A stretch of DNA of 64,000 nucleotides from a virus (IMGVR_UViG_3300028275_000007), one strand, 5' to 3'. Shown: positions 21,401-30,381, counted from the stretch's first letter. The notes: generated from the sequence alone by a model not told the origin. Numbers and translations are program-made.

Positions 21401-23870
21401 ACGGAGATCTTGTTCCTACCCAGGCCGATTCGTCTGAAGGACCGTATCCAGGATCTAAACTAACAAATGCACCAGCAGTTGGTCTGCTGGTTCCGTATAC
21501 GTTAGGAGCACTTAGAGTTCCCTCTAATCCTCTCATGGTCATATTTCTAATACCGGCAGCGTCTCTGCAATAGAACATATTGCTGGCTTTATTGGCTGTA
21601 AAATCTGAACCGTTAATAAAGAATGTTGAAGCTTCTACTGTTTTATAATTTCCAACATACAAAATGTCGTATGCAAGAGCATCAATAATTCTTTCAATGT
21701 CAAAATCCCATCTATCAGGCAATGGCATTAATAGTGGATTAGTTTCTTGAACATATCCTGCAACCTGGGCTTTTATAAATTCATAATTGTTTTCAATCTG
21801 CGCATTTGCGTTTATATTTCCTGCCGCAGCAGATGGTGTATTTGTACTGCTTATCGATACATTATACTGCGTTTCAATTCTATTTTTCAACATTTCAATC
21901 AATGTTGTTAAAGAAACAATCTGTAAATTTTCTGCTGCTGATGCTGTAAAATCTTGAAATATATCTGTATTGTATAAAAGAACATCGGGTTGATCAACAA
22001 TAGTTTCACCTACTGCTACACCTAATACAATTCTAGAAATTAAAGGTTGTAGATAATCTAATGCTGACAAGATTAAACTAATATAATCTGAACTAAACGG
22101 TGTGTCTGCTGGAAATACTGTCACAGATCTAATGTCATCACCAACTAGTGCTACATAAGGCTGTACTCTAATTGGTAATATTTCTGGATAGTCGCCTGTT
22201 CTAATAAAAATTGTAGAATGAATAGGAACATTTTCTGTAGCGTATCTGATGGATCTCCATGCGCTTTGAGGACTTGTTCCTCTGTTAGGGCCGTCTATCC
22301 CTTCTGGTGAAACAAAGAATACATTCTCTGAATTTAATAGATATTTCCAAGCTACTTCGCTGTTATATGCTGTAAGTGCTTGACCTTCTTGGTCTACTGG
22401 TAATGCTTTATAACCAATTGTACTTCCATCACCAGTGTCGCCAAATGTTCGAACATCGCCTACATTTTTTAATCTATTAATTCTATTACCGTCGGTAACT
22501 TTTTTCCAATATCTTCCTAGCAAAGAACTATCAACTAAGCCATCATCATCGGGTCTATTCCCATTATCAGAAATGTGTTTATCTAAACAGGTATATGTAC
22601 TGGATACCCATACAACAGTATCTCCAGCAATATAAGTGGTATCAGGAGCCCATACTCCTCTCCACTTTATTCCTGTGGTTAATAAATCCCAGTATACAGA
22701 ATTAGTTGTGCTGTTGTCGTCTAAAAAGTCTGGGTCTTGATTTGTATTATCTAACAAACAAGAATAAACATTTCCTCCACGTCTAACAACATCTCCTAAT
22801 AGATATTGAGTTGCCTGGTTCCAATCGCCTCTCATTTTTAAACCAGTATATAATAATTCCCAGTTAAATGGTGAGAACGGAGGTTCTTGATTGGTGTGAA
22901 TTCTTAGAGATTTATATAAATGACCACCATAACTTACAATATCACCTATTTGATATAATGTAGTTTCATCCCACTGAAGGTCATACTCGTTACCTGGACA
23001 GTATATGTCAAACTGTTCTGACCCAAACACAGATTCCGATGTGTGGAATGTGTTTGCAATATAAAGATATGCACCGTATTTTACAACATCATTAACTTTA
23101 TAAATTGTAGAAGATTGCCAATCACCTTTGTACTCTGTTGACTGATGTAATAAAGTCCACTTTCCTTGATCTTTAGGTAATCCTAATGTGTCAGTTTCTG
23201 CAGAAACGTGAGGAATTTGACAAATGTAAACATTTCCGCCGTACTTTAAAATATCCCCAAATCTATATCTGGTATTTGTTGACCAACTATCTCTCCATGA
23301 CTGAGAAATAACTACCTCTTCCCAAGATGATTGACTTGCTTCTAATCCTTCAACTATTGTTCCTGCTGAAGTATGAGACAGTACACATCTATAAACTTTT
23401 GCCCCATATATTACAATATCATTTATTCTATAATATGTACCAATAGACCAATTAGTTCTCCAGTTCGTAGACGAAATGTATGTTGTCCATTTTCCAGAAT
23501 CAATTTCAAAACCAGATTCTAAATTTGCAGTTTCAAGTTCTGGAAATTTTGAGGTATGGGCTTCTGTACAAACGTAGGTTACGCCGCCAACGGAAACAAT
23601 ATCACCAACTTTATAATATACATCATTAGTCCACGCTCCTAGCCAACTTGTGCCGTCTGCTACTAATTCCCACTTTGGAGATAAAACAGGAGGTATATCG
23701 CTGTTATAATAATTTAAATCGTAATAAAAATCTGCGTTTGATGCATGAGATTCAATACAGTTATAAACTTTGCCGCCAAAACTTACAACATCATCTGGGT
23801 TATATTTGCTGTGAGCACTCCATACACCTCTCCAGGTATATTTAAATCTGCTTATTTTAAAATCTGCCAT
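18402..23870 (-). CDS. Giant multidomain tail fibre/appendage protein, 1822 aa (paralog of the 2764-aa gene)
   Basis: Same start (MADFKISRFKYTW vs MAEFKLGRIKFVW) and shared blocks RSPYIQNCTTFGTG, SNDFTQVIS, YSQCRITGHDFLEIG, GGRVFYTSTD..GNFR. Confidence 0.85.
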   Translation of the reverse strand: MADFKISRFKYTWRGVWSAHSKYNPDDVVSFGGKVYNCIESHASNADFYYDLNYYNSDIPPVLSPKWELVADGTSWLGAWTNDVYYKVGDIVSVGGVTYVCTEAHTSKFPELETANLESGFEIDSGKWTTYISSTNWRTNWSIGTYYRINDIVIYGAKVYRCVLSHTSAGTIVEGLEASQSSWEEVVISQSWRDSWSTNTRYRFGDILKYGGNVYICQIPHVSAETDTLGLPKDQGKWTLLHQSTEYKGDWQSSTIYKVNDVVKYGAYLYIANTFHTSESVFGSEQFDIYCPGNEYDLQWDETTLYQIGDIVSYGGHLYKSLRIHTNQEPPFSPFNWELLYTGLKMRGDWNQATQYLLGDVVRRGGNVYSCLLDNTNQDPDFLDDNSTTNSVYWDLLTTGIKWRGVWAPDTTYIAGDTVVWVSSTYTCLDKHISDNGNRPDDDGLVDSSLLGRYWKKVTDGNRINRLKNVGDVRTFGDTGDGSTIGYKALPVDQEGQALTAYNSEVAWKYLLNSENVFFVSPEGIDGPNRGTSPQSAWRSIRYATENVPIHSTIFIRTGDYPEILPIRVQPYVALVGDDIRSVTVFPADTPFSSDYISLILSALDYLQPLISRIVLGVAVGETIVDQPDVLLYNTDIFQDFTASAAENLQIVSLTTLIEMLKNRIETQYNVSISSTNTPSAAAGNINANAQIENNYEFIKAQVAGYVQETNPLLMPLPDRWDFDIERIIDALAYDILYVGNYKTVEASTFFINGSDFTANKASNMFYCRDAAGIRNMTMRGLEGTLSAPNVYGTSRPTAGAFVSLDPGYGPSDESAWVGTRSPYIQNCTTFGTGCIGFKIDGNLHSGGNQTMVSNDFTQVISDGIGVWANGTGRTECISVFTYYNYIGYLATNGGKIRAANGNCSYGVLGAVSEGYNIAETPITATVNNRYYDADVYQTLINDEGGLQKMFFSNAGVEYTAGTFTITGSGINASVEVDEFRNGGVQEIRIANPGDSSAEGGLGYKFITNSSQGGNTVSIQLAGSDIETAEAYRGLRLVIGRGTGTGQYGYIADFDETGKYAYIAKESTSSIAVTGTSSSGMRVTVGSTSALSVNDPIMFTGTTYGNIESLTVYYVKTIVSSTSITISDTAGPGATFNLVNGVGTMTLHQLGWEHLDEGRAIEPTLDKSTNYFIEPRVTLSSPGFSSSAKTLPANRQWSSIAASDEIAVTVALDTNSVAYTTDNGVTWDTTTLPSSALWTRVRYVNGIFMAFASNGSAASSTDGINWSSMTMPSTAEWRDVTYGNGKWVAVASGGTKAAYSTNGSVWIASTLPEGADWNSVAYGKGKYVTTALSDSTSAAVAYSSDAITWTLGSITQGSYSLAYGNGRFVALSGGYAGATEVSISWDGITWTEKTIQAQDWREITYAQGIFFAVANGTTVCATSRDGVLWNYQSLGTSSPWCSVTYSANTKPGKWLVLAGLTANSTIVRSVQTGATARARAYVVAGRMTALTIWEPGSGYTSAPVMTIVDPNADTDVFVQVRTGNGVLGNPTILNAGEGYETTSTRVSVSGDGYKDEYQIGGYLVVQGLDRIPSPGDNVNISGINDYTYKLLRAVVLGGSTGNYTAQLEIAKDLGREESPEHGTGVTIRQLYSQCRITGHDFLEIGLGNYYQTNYPDTLNPNGSVISPENQVYEANGGRVFYTSTDEEGNFRCGELFAVEQSTGTVTLNAQFFQLEGLEEIRIGGVSVGGSGTVIREFSTDRTFIADSNNIVPTQRAIKAYLTARVSGGGSDATTGSLTAGVVTIGPDLISTTSGDELIFGSQVNFTGGVDGTLLALNYFTKS

Positions 23871-23874
23871 TTAA

Positions 23875-24246
23875 TTATTCCTCTGATGAACCTTCGTCAT
23901 ATGTATAACCATTGTTTATTCTAGCAACTAATTGCCCCTCATCATCAATATAATAAAATATTGCTCTATCGTCCCAACGATATTGTTGATATTTTAAATT
24001 TTGATACTCAACATTGTGGTTTACATCAATGCCTTCGTAAAAGTCCACTCCAATTTCAAAACCATTAAAATTTTCTGTTTCGTCGCCGACTCTGTTAATT
24101 TCAATTGAATCGTTAGATCTCATTTGATCATTTCGTTGTAAAAATAAACTACCGTTTTCGTTTTTTCTAATACCGTAAAAAAATCTAGGAGTATCGCCTA
24201 ATCTTGTTAACGGGTCTGTACCTAAATAATAATTTGAATTAGACAT
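23875..24246 (-). CDS. Hypothetical virion protein, 123 aa
   Basis: ORF track; tightly packed in the structural operon; aromatic motif QYRWDDRAIFYYIDDEG. Confidence 0.7.
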   Translation of the reverse strand: MSNSNYYLGTDPLTRLGDTPRFFYGIRKNENGSLFLQRNDQMRSNDSIEINRVGDETENFNGFEIGVDFYEGIDVNHNVEYQNLKYQQYRWDDRAIFYYIDDEGQLVARINNGYTYDEGSSEE

Positions 24247-24578
24247 TATGATATCTCCACGTAACTTACAACCACTGAAATACTATCAGCCTGACTGCTG
24301 GTAATTCGTAATCCGCAAAATTCCGGCAATATTAATTTTTCACCGTTGGTTATTATTTTTGCAGAAGTATTTGGCGGTATAGTTAAACCTTTTATGTAAT
24401 AAGCTGGTACGCTGTCTGAACCTGTTACAAACACATCAACATTAACTGTATCATAATCAGTAATATTTGCAATATTGCAGCCGATTACAGTTGCTCGAAT
24501 ACCTGCGTCAATAGTTAAAACATCGTTTGGTTCGGTCCCTAACGAATTGTGTGTAACATTTTTAAATAGTGTTGGCAT
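24246..24578 (-). CDS. Small beta-rich virion protein, 110 aa
   Basis: Paralog of 9724..10044 and 28400..28804. Confidence 0.7.
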   Translation of the reverse strand: MPTLFKNVTHNSLGTEPNDVLTIDAGIRATVIGCNIANITDYDTVNVDVFVTGSDSVPAYYIKGLTIPPNTSAKIITNGEKLILPEFCGLRITSSQADSISVVVSYVEIS

Positions 24579-24581
24579 TTT

Positions 24582-25634
24582 TTATCCTAGAGTTAATGCA
24601 AATGCAACAGAAATATCATTAGCCTGTGTTTCTGACACAGCTCCAGATGCACCTGCAGGACTAGCCCAAGAAACTCCGTCCCAAATTTCCAAAGCCTTTG
24701 AATTAGTATTATATCGTGTCATTCCGACAACCGCATAAGATGTTGGACGCTGCGCATCATTTCCTCTTGGCGGAACAAACCCATTGGTACCAACAATTTT
24801 AAGATAACCATTACCTGTATGGGTAATTGTTGTAACAGCACCGGATACTACGTTAGTAATAGAACTATCAATAATTTTAATATTACCAGTTCGTATACCT
24901 CCCGCAGCATTTCCTTCTAATCGCAAATCTGTACCAGTTGTGGTAGTAATTATGTTATCTTGAAAAATAACACTTCCTACTTCAAAATAAGGAAGGTTCA
25001 TTGAAGTAGTATATAAATCTTTAGTGTAAACAGCTCTCCATCTTACTGAACTAGAACCAATATCATATGTAGCATCAGTTTGAGGAATAATATCACTAGT
25101 AACGCTGGCATTAAAAACAATGTTATCGGTTAGTGCGTCACCAATTTGAATGTTGCCGCCGATCACTACATTTCCAGAAGTATTAATATTTCCAGAAACA
25201 TCAAGATTTCCTGTAATATTTGTACTTGCTGAAATATTAACTGTGCCGGTACCGTTTGGTGCTAGATCAATTGAACTGTTAGAAACAGTAGTAGAAATAG
25301 TATTTCCTTGTAATTGAAGATCATCAATTTGAAGTCTGCTGTGATAAACAGTTGCTTCGCCGGCAGCGGCTTGAAATACTATTGTGCTGGTATCGCTGGT
25401 AATTGTATTGCCAGTAAAGTGTAAATTACCGACATTAATTTGTGTGTCAACAGTATGATTTATACCGTGTATATTACCGTTGACATCTAGGTCTGTAGTG
25501 GGGGCTGCTGTACGTATCCCGATACGAGAGTTAACAACATCCAAATAGAGAAGATCAGTCTCAAAAGCTAAATCCACACCATCTCTGATGAGATTTGACT
25601 TTAAGAGCTGACCGGAAATACGACCAATAGCCAT
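24582..25634 (-). CDS. Fibre-like virion protein, 350 aa, hydrophobic C-terminus (VAFALTLG)
   Basis: GRISGQLLKSNL.RDG.D.AFETDLLYLDV.N.R shared with 25786..26919; C-terminal G.TRYNT...LE.WDG..W module; strong AAGGAG RBS. Confidence 0.75.
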   Translation of the reverse strand: MAIGRISGQLLKSNLIRDGVDLAFETDLLYLDVVNSRIGIRTAAPTTDLDVNGNIHGINHTVDTQINVGNLHFTGNTITSDTSTIVFQAAAGEATVYHSRLQIDDLQLQGNTISTTVSNSSIDLAPNGTGTVNISASTNITGNLDVSGNINTSGNVVIGGNIQIGDALTDNIVFNASVTSDIIPQTDATYDIGSSSVRWRAVYTKDLYTTSMNLPYFEVGSVIFQDNIITTTTGTDLRLEGNAAGGIRTGNIKIIDSSITNVVSGAVTTITHTGNGYLKIVGTNGFVPPRGNDAQRPTSYAVVGMTRYNTNSKALEIWDGVSWASPAGASGAVSETQANDISVAFALTLG

Positions 25635-25760
25635 TAGCTCTCCTTAACAGACCCCGTGTTTCACGGTTAACCTAATTTGGACTAACGTCCGCAGCCTTAT
25701 GGCTCTTTGCTGGTTTACCACAGTCGGATCTTGCAAAAGTTTTGGTCTACCTTTGCAATT
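25635..25760 (-). ncRNA. Candidate structured 5' leader RNA with a possible pseudoknot
   Basis: Five short hairpins in ~125 nt between a TATAAATA promoter and the RBS; loop AGACC can pair with GGTCT beside the RBS (see findings). Confidence 0.5.
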
Positions 25761-25765
25761 AGTAG

Positions 25766-25773
25766 TATTTATA
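25766..25773 (-). promoter_or_regulatory. T4-type late promoter (TATAAATA)
   Basis: Exact consensus upstream of the structured leader. Confidence 0.7.
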
Positions 25774-25785
25774 CCAAATGGAGAA

Positions 25786-26919
25786 TTAGCCGAGGACTAG
25801 GGTCCAAATGTTTCCAATATCGTACATAAGTTCTTGTGTAACTTCGATACCACCACCTGTTGCCACTGACCATACAGTACCATCAAAACATTCCAGGTAC
25901 CCTCTTTCTGTGTTGTATCTAGTTTCACCTACTTCTGGACTTAAAGGACGTTCGCTATCGGATCCGTTAGGAACAACCATACCGTTTGTACCGGTAAACT
26001 GAATGTATCCTATTCCTGTAGACTGTAATAATAAAGGATTGTTTTCTGGATTTATTATAGCATTTTCGTTAAATGCAATTTTTTCTAAGTATGTGTCTGC
26101 TGAATCGGCGGTTATTATTAAATCTTCATTGGACTGTGTTGTTGTAATTGTAGTTGTAACACCGTTAATTTCTACTTGATCACTGATATAAGCATAAGAC
26201 GTATGGATACCTAATCCTGAATTTCCTATCGAAGTCCAATCAGATTGATAAACTTTATCCCAACGCTTTGTAGGTTTCCCTAGATCATAAACTTCATTGT
26301 TACCTAAGACAATTGTTTGAGTAAAATCGGTATTAATACTAGCAGTATCAGTAGTTTGGTCACCGATAGTTAGAGTACCAATTCCTGTTAAATCTCCCTG
26401 TAACGTTATGTTCCCTGTTACAGTTAAATTTCCTGTAATGTTTGTGTCTGCAATAAAATTAACTTTGCCTGTTCCGTTAGGATCAAATACAATATTTGAA
26501 TTGCTAATACTGCTAATTTGATTATCGTTGAATATTAAACTGCTGGTAGTTAATCTATCGTGAAAAATATCACTTCCGGCTATCATAACCTGTATGCCGC
26601 CAACTGAAGTTGTAAATGTATTTCCGTTATTAATTTTAAGATTTCCAGCAATTAACTGTGTATCAACAGTTAAATTATGGCTATGAATATCTCCGTCTAC
26701 ATCTAAGTCGTAGGCAGGCGGAGATTTTTTTATACTAACTCGTTTATTTGTAACGTCAAGGTATAATAAATCAGTTTCAACAGCGATGTCAATGCCGTTT
26801 CTTTGTAGGTTAGCGGTTAATAATTTTCCACTAATTCGGCCAAGCTGAGACGAATAATTAGGTTCACTACCGTAGGTGTTTGAACCTAATAGACCGTCAT
26901 CATCGCCCAATATACCCAT
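25786..26919 (-). CDS. Fibre-like virion protein, 377 aa (paralog of 24582..25634)
   Basis: LGRISGKLLTANLQRNGIDIAVETDLLYLDV and GETRYNTERGYLECFDGTVW. Confidence 0.75.
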   Translation of the reverse strand: MGILGDDDGLLGSNTYGSEPNYSSQLGRISGKLLTANLQRNGIDIAVETDLLYLDVTNKRVSIKKSPPAYDLDVDGDIHSHNLTVDTQLIAGNLKINNGNTFTTSVGGIQVMIAGSDIFHDRLTTSSLIFNDNQISSISNSNIVFDPNGTGKVNFIADTNITGNLTVTGNITLQGDLTGIGTLTIGDQTTDTASINTDFTQTIVLGNNEVYDLGKPTKRWDKVYQSDWTSIGNSGLGIHTSYAYISDQVEINGVTTTITTTQSNEDLIITADSADTYLEKIAFNENAIINPENNPLLLQSTGIGYIQFTGTNGMVVPNGSDSERPLSPEVGETRYNTERGYLECFDGTVWSVATGGGIEVTQELMYDIGNIWTLVLG

Positions 26920-26929
26920 AATTTAGTCC

Positions 26930-27844
26930 TTAATCGTTACTAGCCATTTCAATAGCGTGTACACTTGTTACTACGCTATTAGTTAAACTTGTTGGTCGAC
27001 AAGTAATTTCTATTCTGTTTGTTGTAGAATTCCACTGTCCGTCAAAAGTAGCAAGAGGAGTGGCACTTGAATATGTAACACCGTATGCAGTAACGTAAAC
27101 AACGTCATTTACATATCCTCTTATAGCAATGATATCGCAGGCCTGTGTTTGCCAACTAAGTCCACCATCTTCATAGCCTTCTACCATAACAAATAATTTA
27201 ATAGCGTGTTGATATTGACCTGTTGAAGTGTAGATAACTGTATCAACACCTGCTAGACAAGATGTTGAATCCTGGTGACTCTGTTTAACATCTCCAGGAT
27301 AATTTACATTACCTAATGTATCAATACTAACTTCATATCCATCTTGAGAAATTGCAGCAGGAATTGCACCCGAAGCTGCAAAAGTAATAGTATCCGTTGA
27401 TGAATCAGTTGTAATTGTTATTCCAGGACCTTCTACTAATGTCAGCGTATCACTCGAGCTATCTGCAATAACGTTTGATTGTCCTGCAACAACAATAGTT
27501 TTAAATGAATCTGATACTGCTCCAGAAACTATATTGTTTAATAGGTTAGAAGGAATAGTACAAAATACTGTTTTGCCGCCTTCTAGAAAATTAACTGGGA
27601 AATTGCCGTTTGAAGAACTGTATATAACGTCTCTTGATAAAGATTCTGTTCCGCTAGAATTAGTATATGTGCCTCTTCCTACTTCCCAATTGCCGGCAGC
27701 ATCTTCAATTCCGTAATAACATTCATTTCCAGAACCAACTGCCGAAAACGATTGAAAACCGGGAATTACAGTTTCTAATGTTATTGTACCTGTGCCGGTA
27801 CTATATGTTCTAACTTTAACCTTATCAGCAACAACCAGGGCCAT
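26930..27844 (-). CDS. Virion structural protein, 304 aa
   Basis: MALVVADKVKV..YSTGTGTITL start and a TLTLVEGPGITITTD fibre-type segment. Confidence 0.7.
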   Translation of the reverse strand: MALVVADKVKVRTYSTGTGTITLETVIPGFQSFSAVGSGNECYYGIEDAAGNWEVGRGTYTNSSGTESLSRDVIYSSSNGNFPVNFLEGGKTVFCTIPSNLLNNIVSGAVSDSFKTIVVAGQSNVIADSSSDTLTLVEGPGITITTDSSTDTITFAASGAIPAAISQDGYEVSIDTLGNVNYPGDVKQSHQDSTSCLAGVDTVIYTSTGQYQHAIKLFVMVEGYEDGGLSWQTQACDIIAIRGYVNDVVYVTAYGVTYSSATPLATFDGQWNSTTNRIEITCRPTSLTNSVVTSVHAIEMASND

Positions 27845-27868
27845 TACATATCTCCAAATCGATATGTA

Positions 27869-27876
27869 TATTTACC
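27869..27876 (-). promoter_or_regulatory. Late promoter variant (GGTAAATA)
   Basis: TAAATA core in the gap upstream of 26930..27844. Confidence 0.45.
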
Positions 27877-27887
27877 CGTTTTTGGTT

Positions 27888-28403
27888 TTAGTTAGCGAAT
27901 CCAAAGTATACTGTTACGTATTTTCCTGTAGGAACTGGGCTTGTAAAAATAAGATATGCGTTTCCGCTACCACCGTAGTTTGAATTTAATGTAAAGTTAG
28001 TTGTAGAAATTTGAAATACATTTTCTACCAATACAATAATATTATCTGCTGAACTAGGAACAGCATATAATGGGCCAAAGTCTGTCTGTATATCGTCACC
28101 TGGGCCTAAAGTTTGTTTATAAATTGAAGATGCGCCCGGAGCTCTAATAACTTCCCAGGCATTGCCTACGTAGCCTTCTATTGAATTTGTTGTTGTGTTA
28201 TATCTAATTGTACCGTTAGCATCTGTAGGCTGACGAACTCCTGTTAGCTGAGGACGCTGAGATTGTGTGCCCTTAGGTAACATTAGGCCACCGTGGCTAT
28301 TCATTACTACGCGGCCGCCAGGACCGTTAGCATCTGGATAGGCTATTAATGTTCTATCGTTGATACTAAACTTAGAAATGTTTTTAGTCTTTAAGAATTT
28401 CAT
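27888..28403 (-). CDS. Virion structural protein, 171 aa
   Basis: LPKGTQSQRP...GTIRYNTTTNSIEGY.GN.W module shared with the 350- and 377-aa proteins. Confidence 0.7.
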   Translation of the reverse strand: MKFLKTKNISKFSINDRTLIAYPDANGPGGRVVMNSHGGLMLPKGTQSQRPQLTGVRQPTDANGTIRYNTTTNSIEGYVGNAWEVIRAPGASSIYKQTLGPGDDIQTDFGPLYAVPSSADNIIVLVENVFQISTTNFTLNSNYGGSGNAYLIFTSPVPTGKYVTVYFGFAN

Positions 28404-28804
28404 ACTTCTAATGCGCTCACTGTTACAGACAATTTGCTTGCAGAACTAGTACCTACCCAAATTTCGTCGCCACTTTCTAATACAACTCTTTCTTCACTAA
28501 AAAATACAGTTTCGCCTGCTGGAACGGTTAGGTTGTTTACAATTAAATTTCCGTTAGTTGCAGATTTACCATTTCGAACCAAATAAACATTTACATTAAC
28601 TGCATTTGTAGTTTCGTCGGCTGCGCTAGGTGCTGCTGTGTTACAAAATGCAATAGTAGTAATTGCATTAATTCTTCCAGTAGCTCCGCCGACACCAATT
28701 GCTGCACCAGTTGTTGAACTAGTAAAGACTTTTACGGGAGAAGTTACACTAATAGAATCAATTAATGCTATTGTGCCTTCCGGAGTTTCGTAATTTCTAA
28801 TCAT
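28400..28804 (-). CDS. Small beta-rich virion protein, 134 aa
   Basis: Paralog of 9724..10044 and 24246..24578 (VPAGET......VVLESGDEI.V..S.....SV). Confidence 0.7.
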   Translation of the reverse strand: MIRNYETPEGTIALIDSISVTSPVKVFTSSTTGAAIGVGGATGRINAITTIAFCNTAAPSAADETTNAVNVNVYLVRNGKSATNGNLIVNNLTVPAGETVFFSEERVVLESGDEIWVGTSSASKLSVTVSALEV

Positions 28805-28813
28805 ATTTTTCTC

Positions 28814-29875
28814 TTAAAATAACATACTGAACACAAGTGCTTTATTTTTACTTATTAACTCGCCATTTCTTTTCGAAGTTTGTGTACTGTCGTTGACAAA
28901 CCAAATTCCAGAAGAACCTACGCCCGGACTAGCAGCGTAAATTAAATTGCTGTCTGAAACATACGCAGGTGTTACAGCAATTTTATCTAATTGAACAGCG
29001 TAGTTAGTTTGTAATTTACCAGTTCCTTGTGTTCTAACATATATATTCTCGTTGGTAATACCTGCTTTGGAAGTAATTTCTGTTCGAGAAGGGCCACTAC
29101 CTAATTCTAAATTTCCTAATTCAACTCGATTAGTAAAAAACTGGCTTACTAGATAAGAATCTACAACAATAGAAACTGCACTTTCTCCAAACGTCGAATA
29201 TCCAGTAGTGTTTGTAAAATATTCTAACGAACCTGCCTGAGTTGATATATTAGGTGTAATGTCTTTGTCAGAAATAATAACACTGGTATCTTGACTTTGA
29301 GGAGCAACAATCTGGAAGGTTGGGTTATTTAAAATTGCATTATCAACATATAACTTATTTGGAATATCATCGTCGTGTATAACGTGTTCCTCATATGTAT
29401 CTGTTCCAAAAACGGATATTACTCCAGTTCCAGAACCAATCAATGTTAAGTCTCCGTATCGACCTTGACCTGAAAAATTTAAATTTTCAGTTTCATTATC
29501 TGTTAAAATTGTATTAACTTTAATACCAACTTCACTGTAGTTGAATGGGCCTGGAGAATCATTGGCTGCAAACAACCAAGTCTTTGATGATTCCTCAAAT
29601 AACAACATTGCAGGAGTTAAATCACCCCTATCAATTTTTACTCCCGAATAACCTAAAGTTACTCCTGATCCTGTTTCTCCAGCATTTAGTGTTATAATAT
29701 TGTCATTGATATCTAAATTTGTAGCAGCAACAGAAACTGTTTGACCTTCTACAACTAAGTCCCCTGTAACTATTACACTACCACCAGCAGAGGCTGGACC
29801 GGTGTCAAACTTTATTTTGGCACCGTCGGCAGTTTTAATGTTATAATCACCGTTTACACGGAGAAACTGTCCCAT
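28814..29875 (-). CDS. Fibre-like virion protein, 353 aa, hydrophobic C-terminus (ALVFSMLF)
   Basis: VTGDLVVEG...DNIITLNAGE..G..IDRG segment common in T4-like fibre proteins. Confidence 0.7.
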   Translation of the reverse strand: MGQFLRVNGDYNIKTADGAKIKFDTGPASAGGSVIVTGDLVVEGQTVSVAATNLDINDNIITLNAGETGSGVTLGYSGVKIDRGDLTPAMLLFEESSKTWLFAANDSPGPFNYSEVGIKVNTILTDNETENLNFSGQGRYGDLTLIGSGTGVISVFGTDTYEEHVIHDDDIPNKLYVDNAILNNPTFQIVAPQSQDTSVIISDKDITPNISTQAGSLEYFTNTTGYSTFGESAVSIVVDSYLVSQFFTNRVELGNLELGSGPSRTEITSKAGITNENIYVRTQGTGKLQTNYAVQLDKIAVTPAYVSDSNLIYAASPGVGSSGIWFVNDSTQTSKRNGELISKNKALVFSMLF

Positions 29876-29889
29876 TGTTAATTCCTAAA

Positions 29890-30273
29890 TTAAGTTGGTG
29901 TTAAGAAAATTTGATCGCCTGTAGAGTCTGCATAGTTGCCTAATCTCCAAGTATATCTTACACCGTTAAAGTCAATAGCTGTACGCTTTTGTAGTTTAGC
30001 AATTCTAACAGCACTTGCATCAGCGCCTGTTTCTAAATAACCTGTTAGGCGCATTTCTCCAGCAGCACTAGGTGTTCCGCTGACTAATTTGCAAATTGCT
30101 TGTGTGCTAGATGAAGTATCTTGAACTAGGTATCTCTTAGAACCTTTTTGCTTAACAATAAACACATCAGTTTGATTAGAACCAATGTATGCTTCGCAGC
30201 GAATACCTGCATCGCCTGTGTAGGTGCCAAATACCTTAACACCATTCTTATCTGATTTTACTGGACGTCCCAT
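29890..30273 (-). CDS. Hypothetical protein, 127 aa, directly downstream of the capsid gene
   Basis: ORF track; own RBS (AAGGAG), promoter variant and leader hairpin. Confidence 0.75.
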   Translation of the reverse strand: MGRPVKSDKNGVKVFGTYTGDAGIRCEAYIGSNQTDVFIVKQKGSKRYLVQDTSSSTQAICKLVSGTPSAAGEMRLTGYLETGADASAVRIAKLQKRTAIDFNGVRYTWRLGNYADSTGDQIFLTPT

Positions 30274-30340
30274 TTGTTTTCTCCTTGTGTTGACGTTCTA
30301 GGCCTACGCGGTGGGTGCCGCATAAATCACTTAGATACTT

Positions 30341-30348
30341 TATTTATC
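30341..30348 (-). promoter_or_regulatory. Late promoter variant (GATAAATA)
   Basis: Immediately after the gp23 terminator and upstream of 29890..30273. Confidence 0.55.
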
Positions 30349-30357
30349 CAGCCAAAC

Positions 30358-30381
30358 AAAAAGCCCCTTTCGGGGCTTTTT
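30358..30381 (-). terminator. Rho-independent terminator after the major capsid gene
   Basis: AAAAAGCCCC-TTTC-GGGGCTTTTT. Confidence 0.85.
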
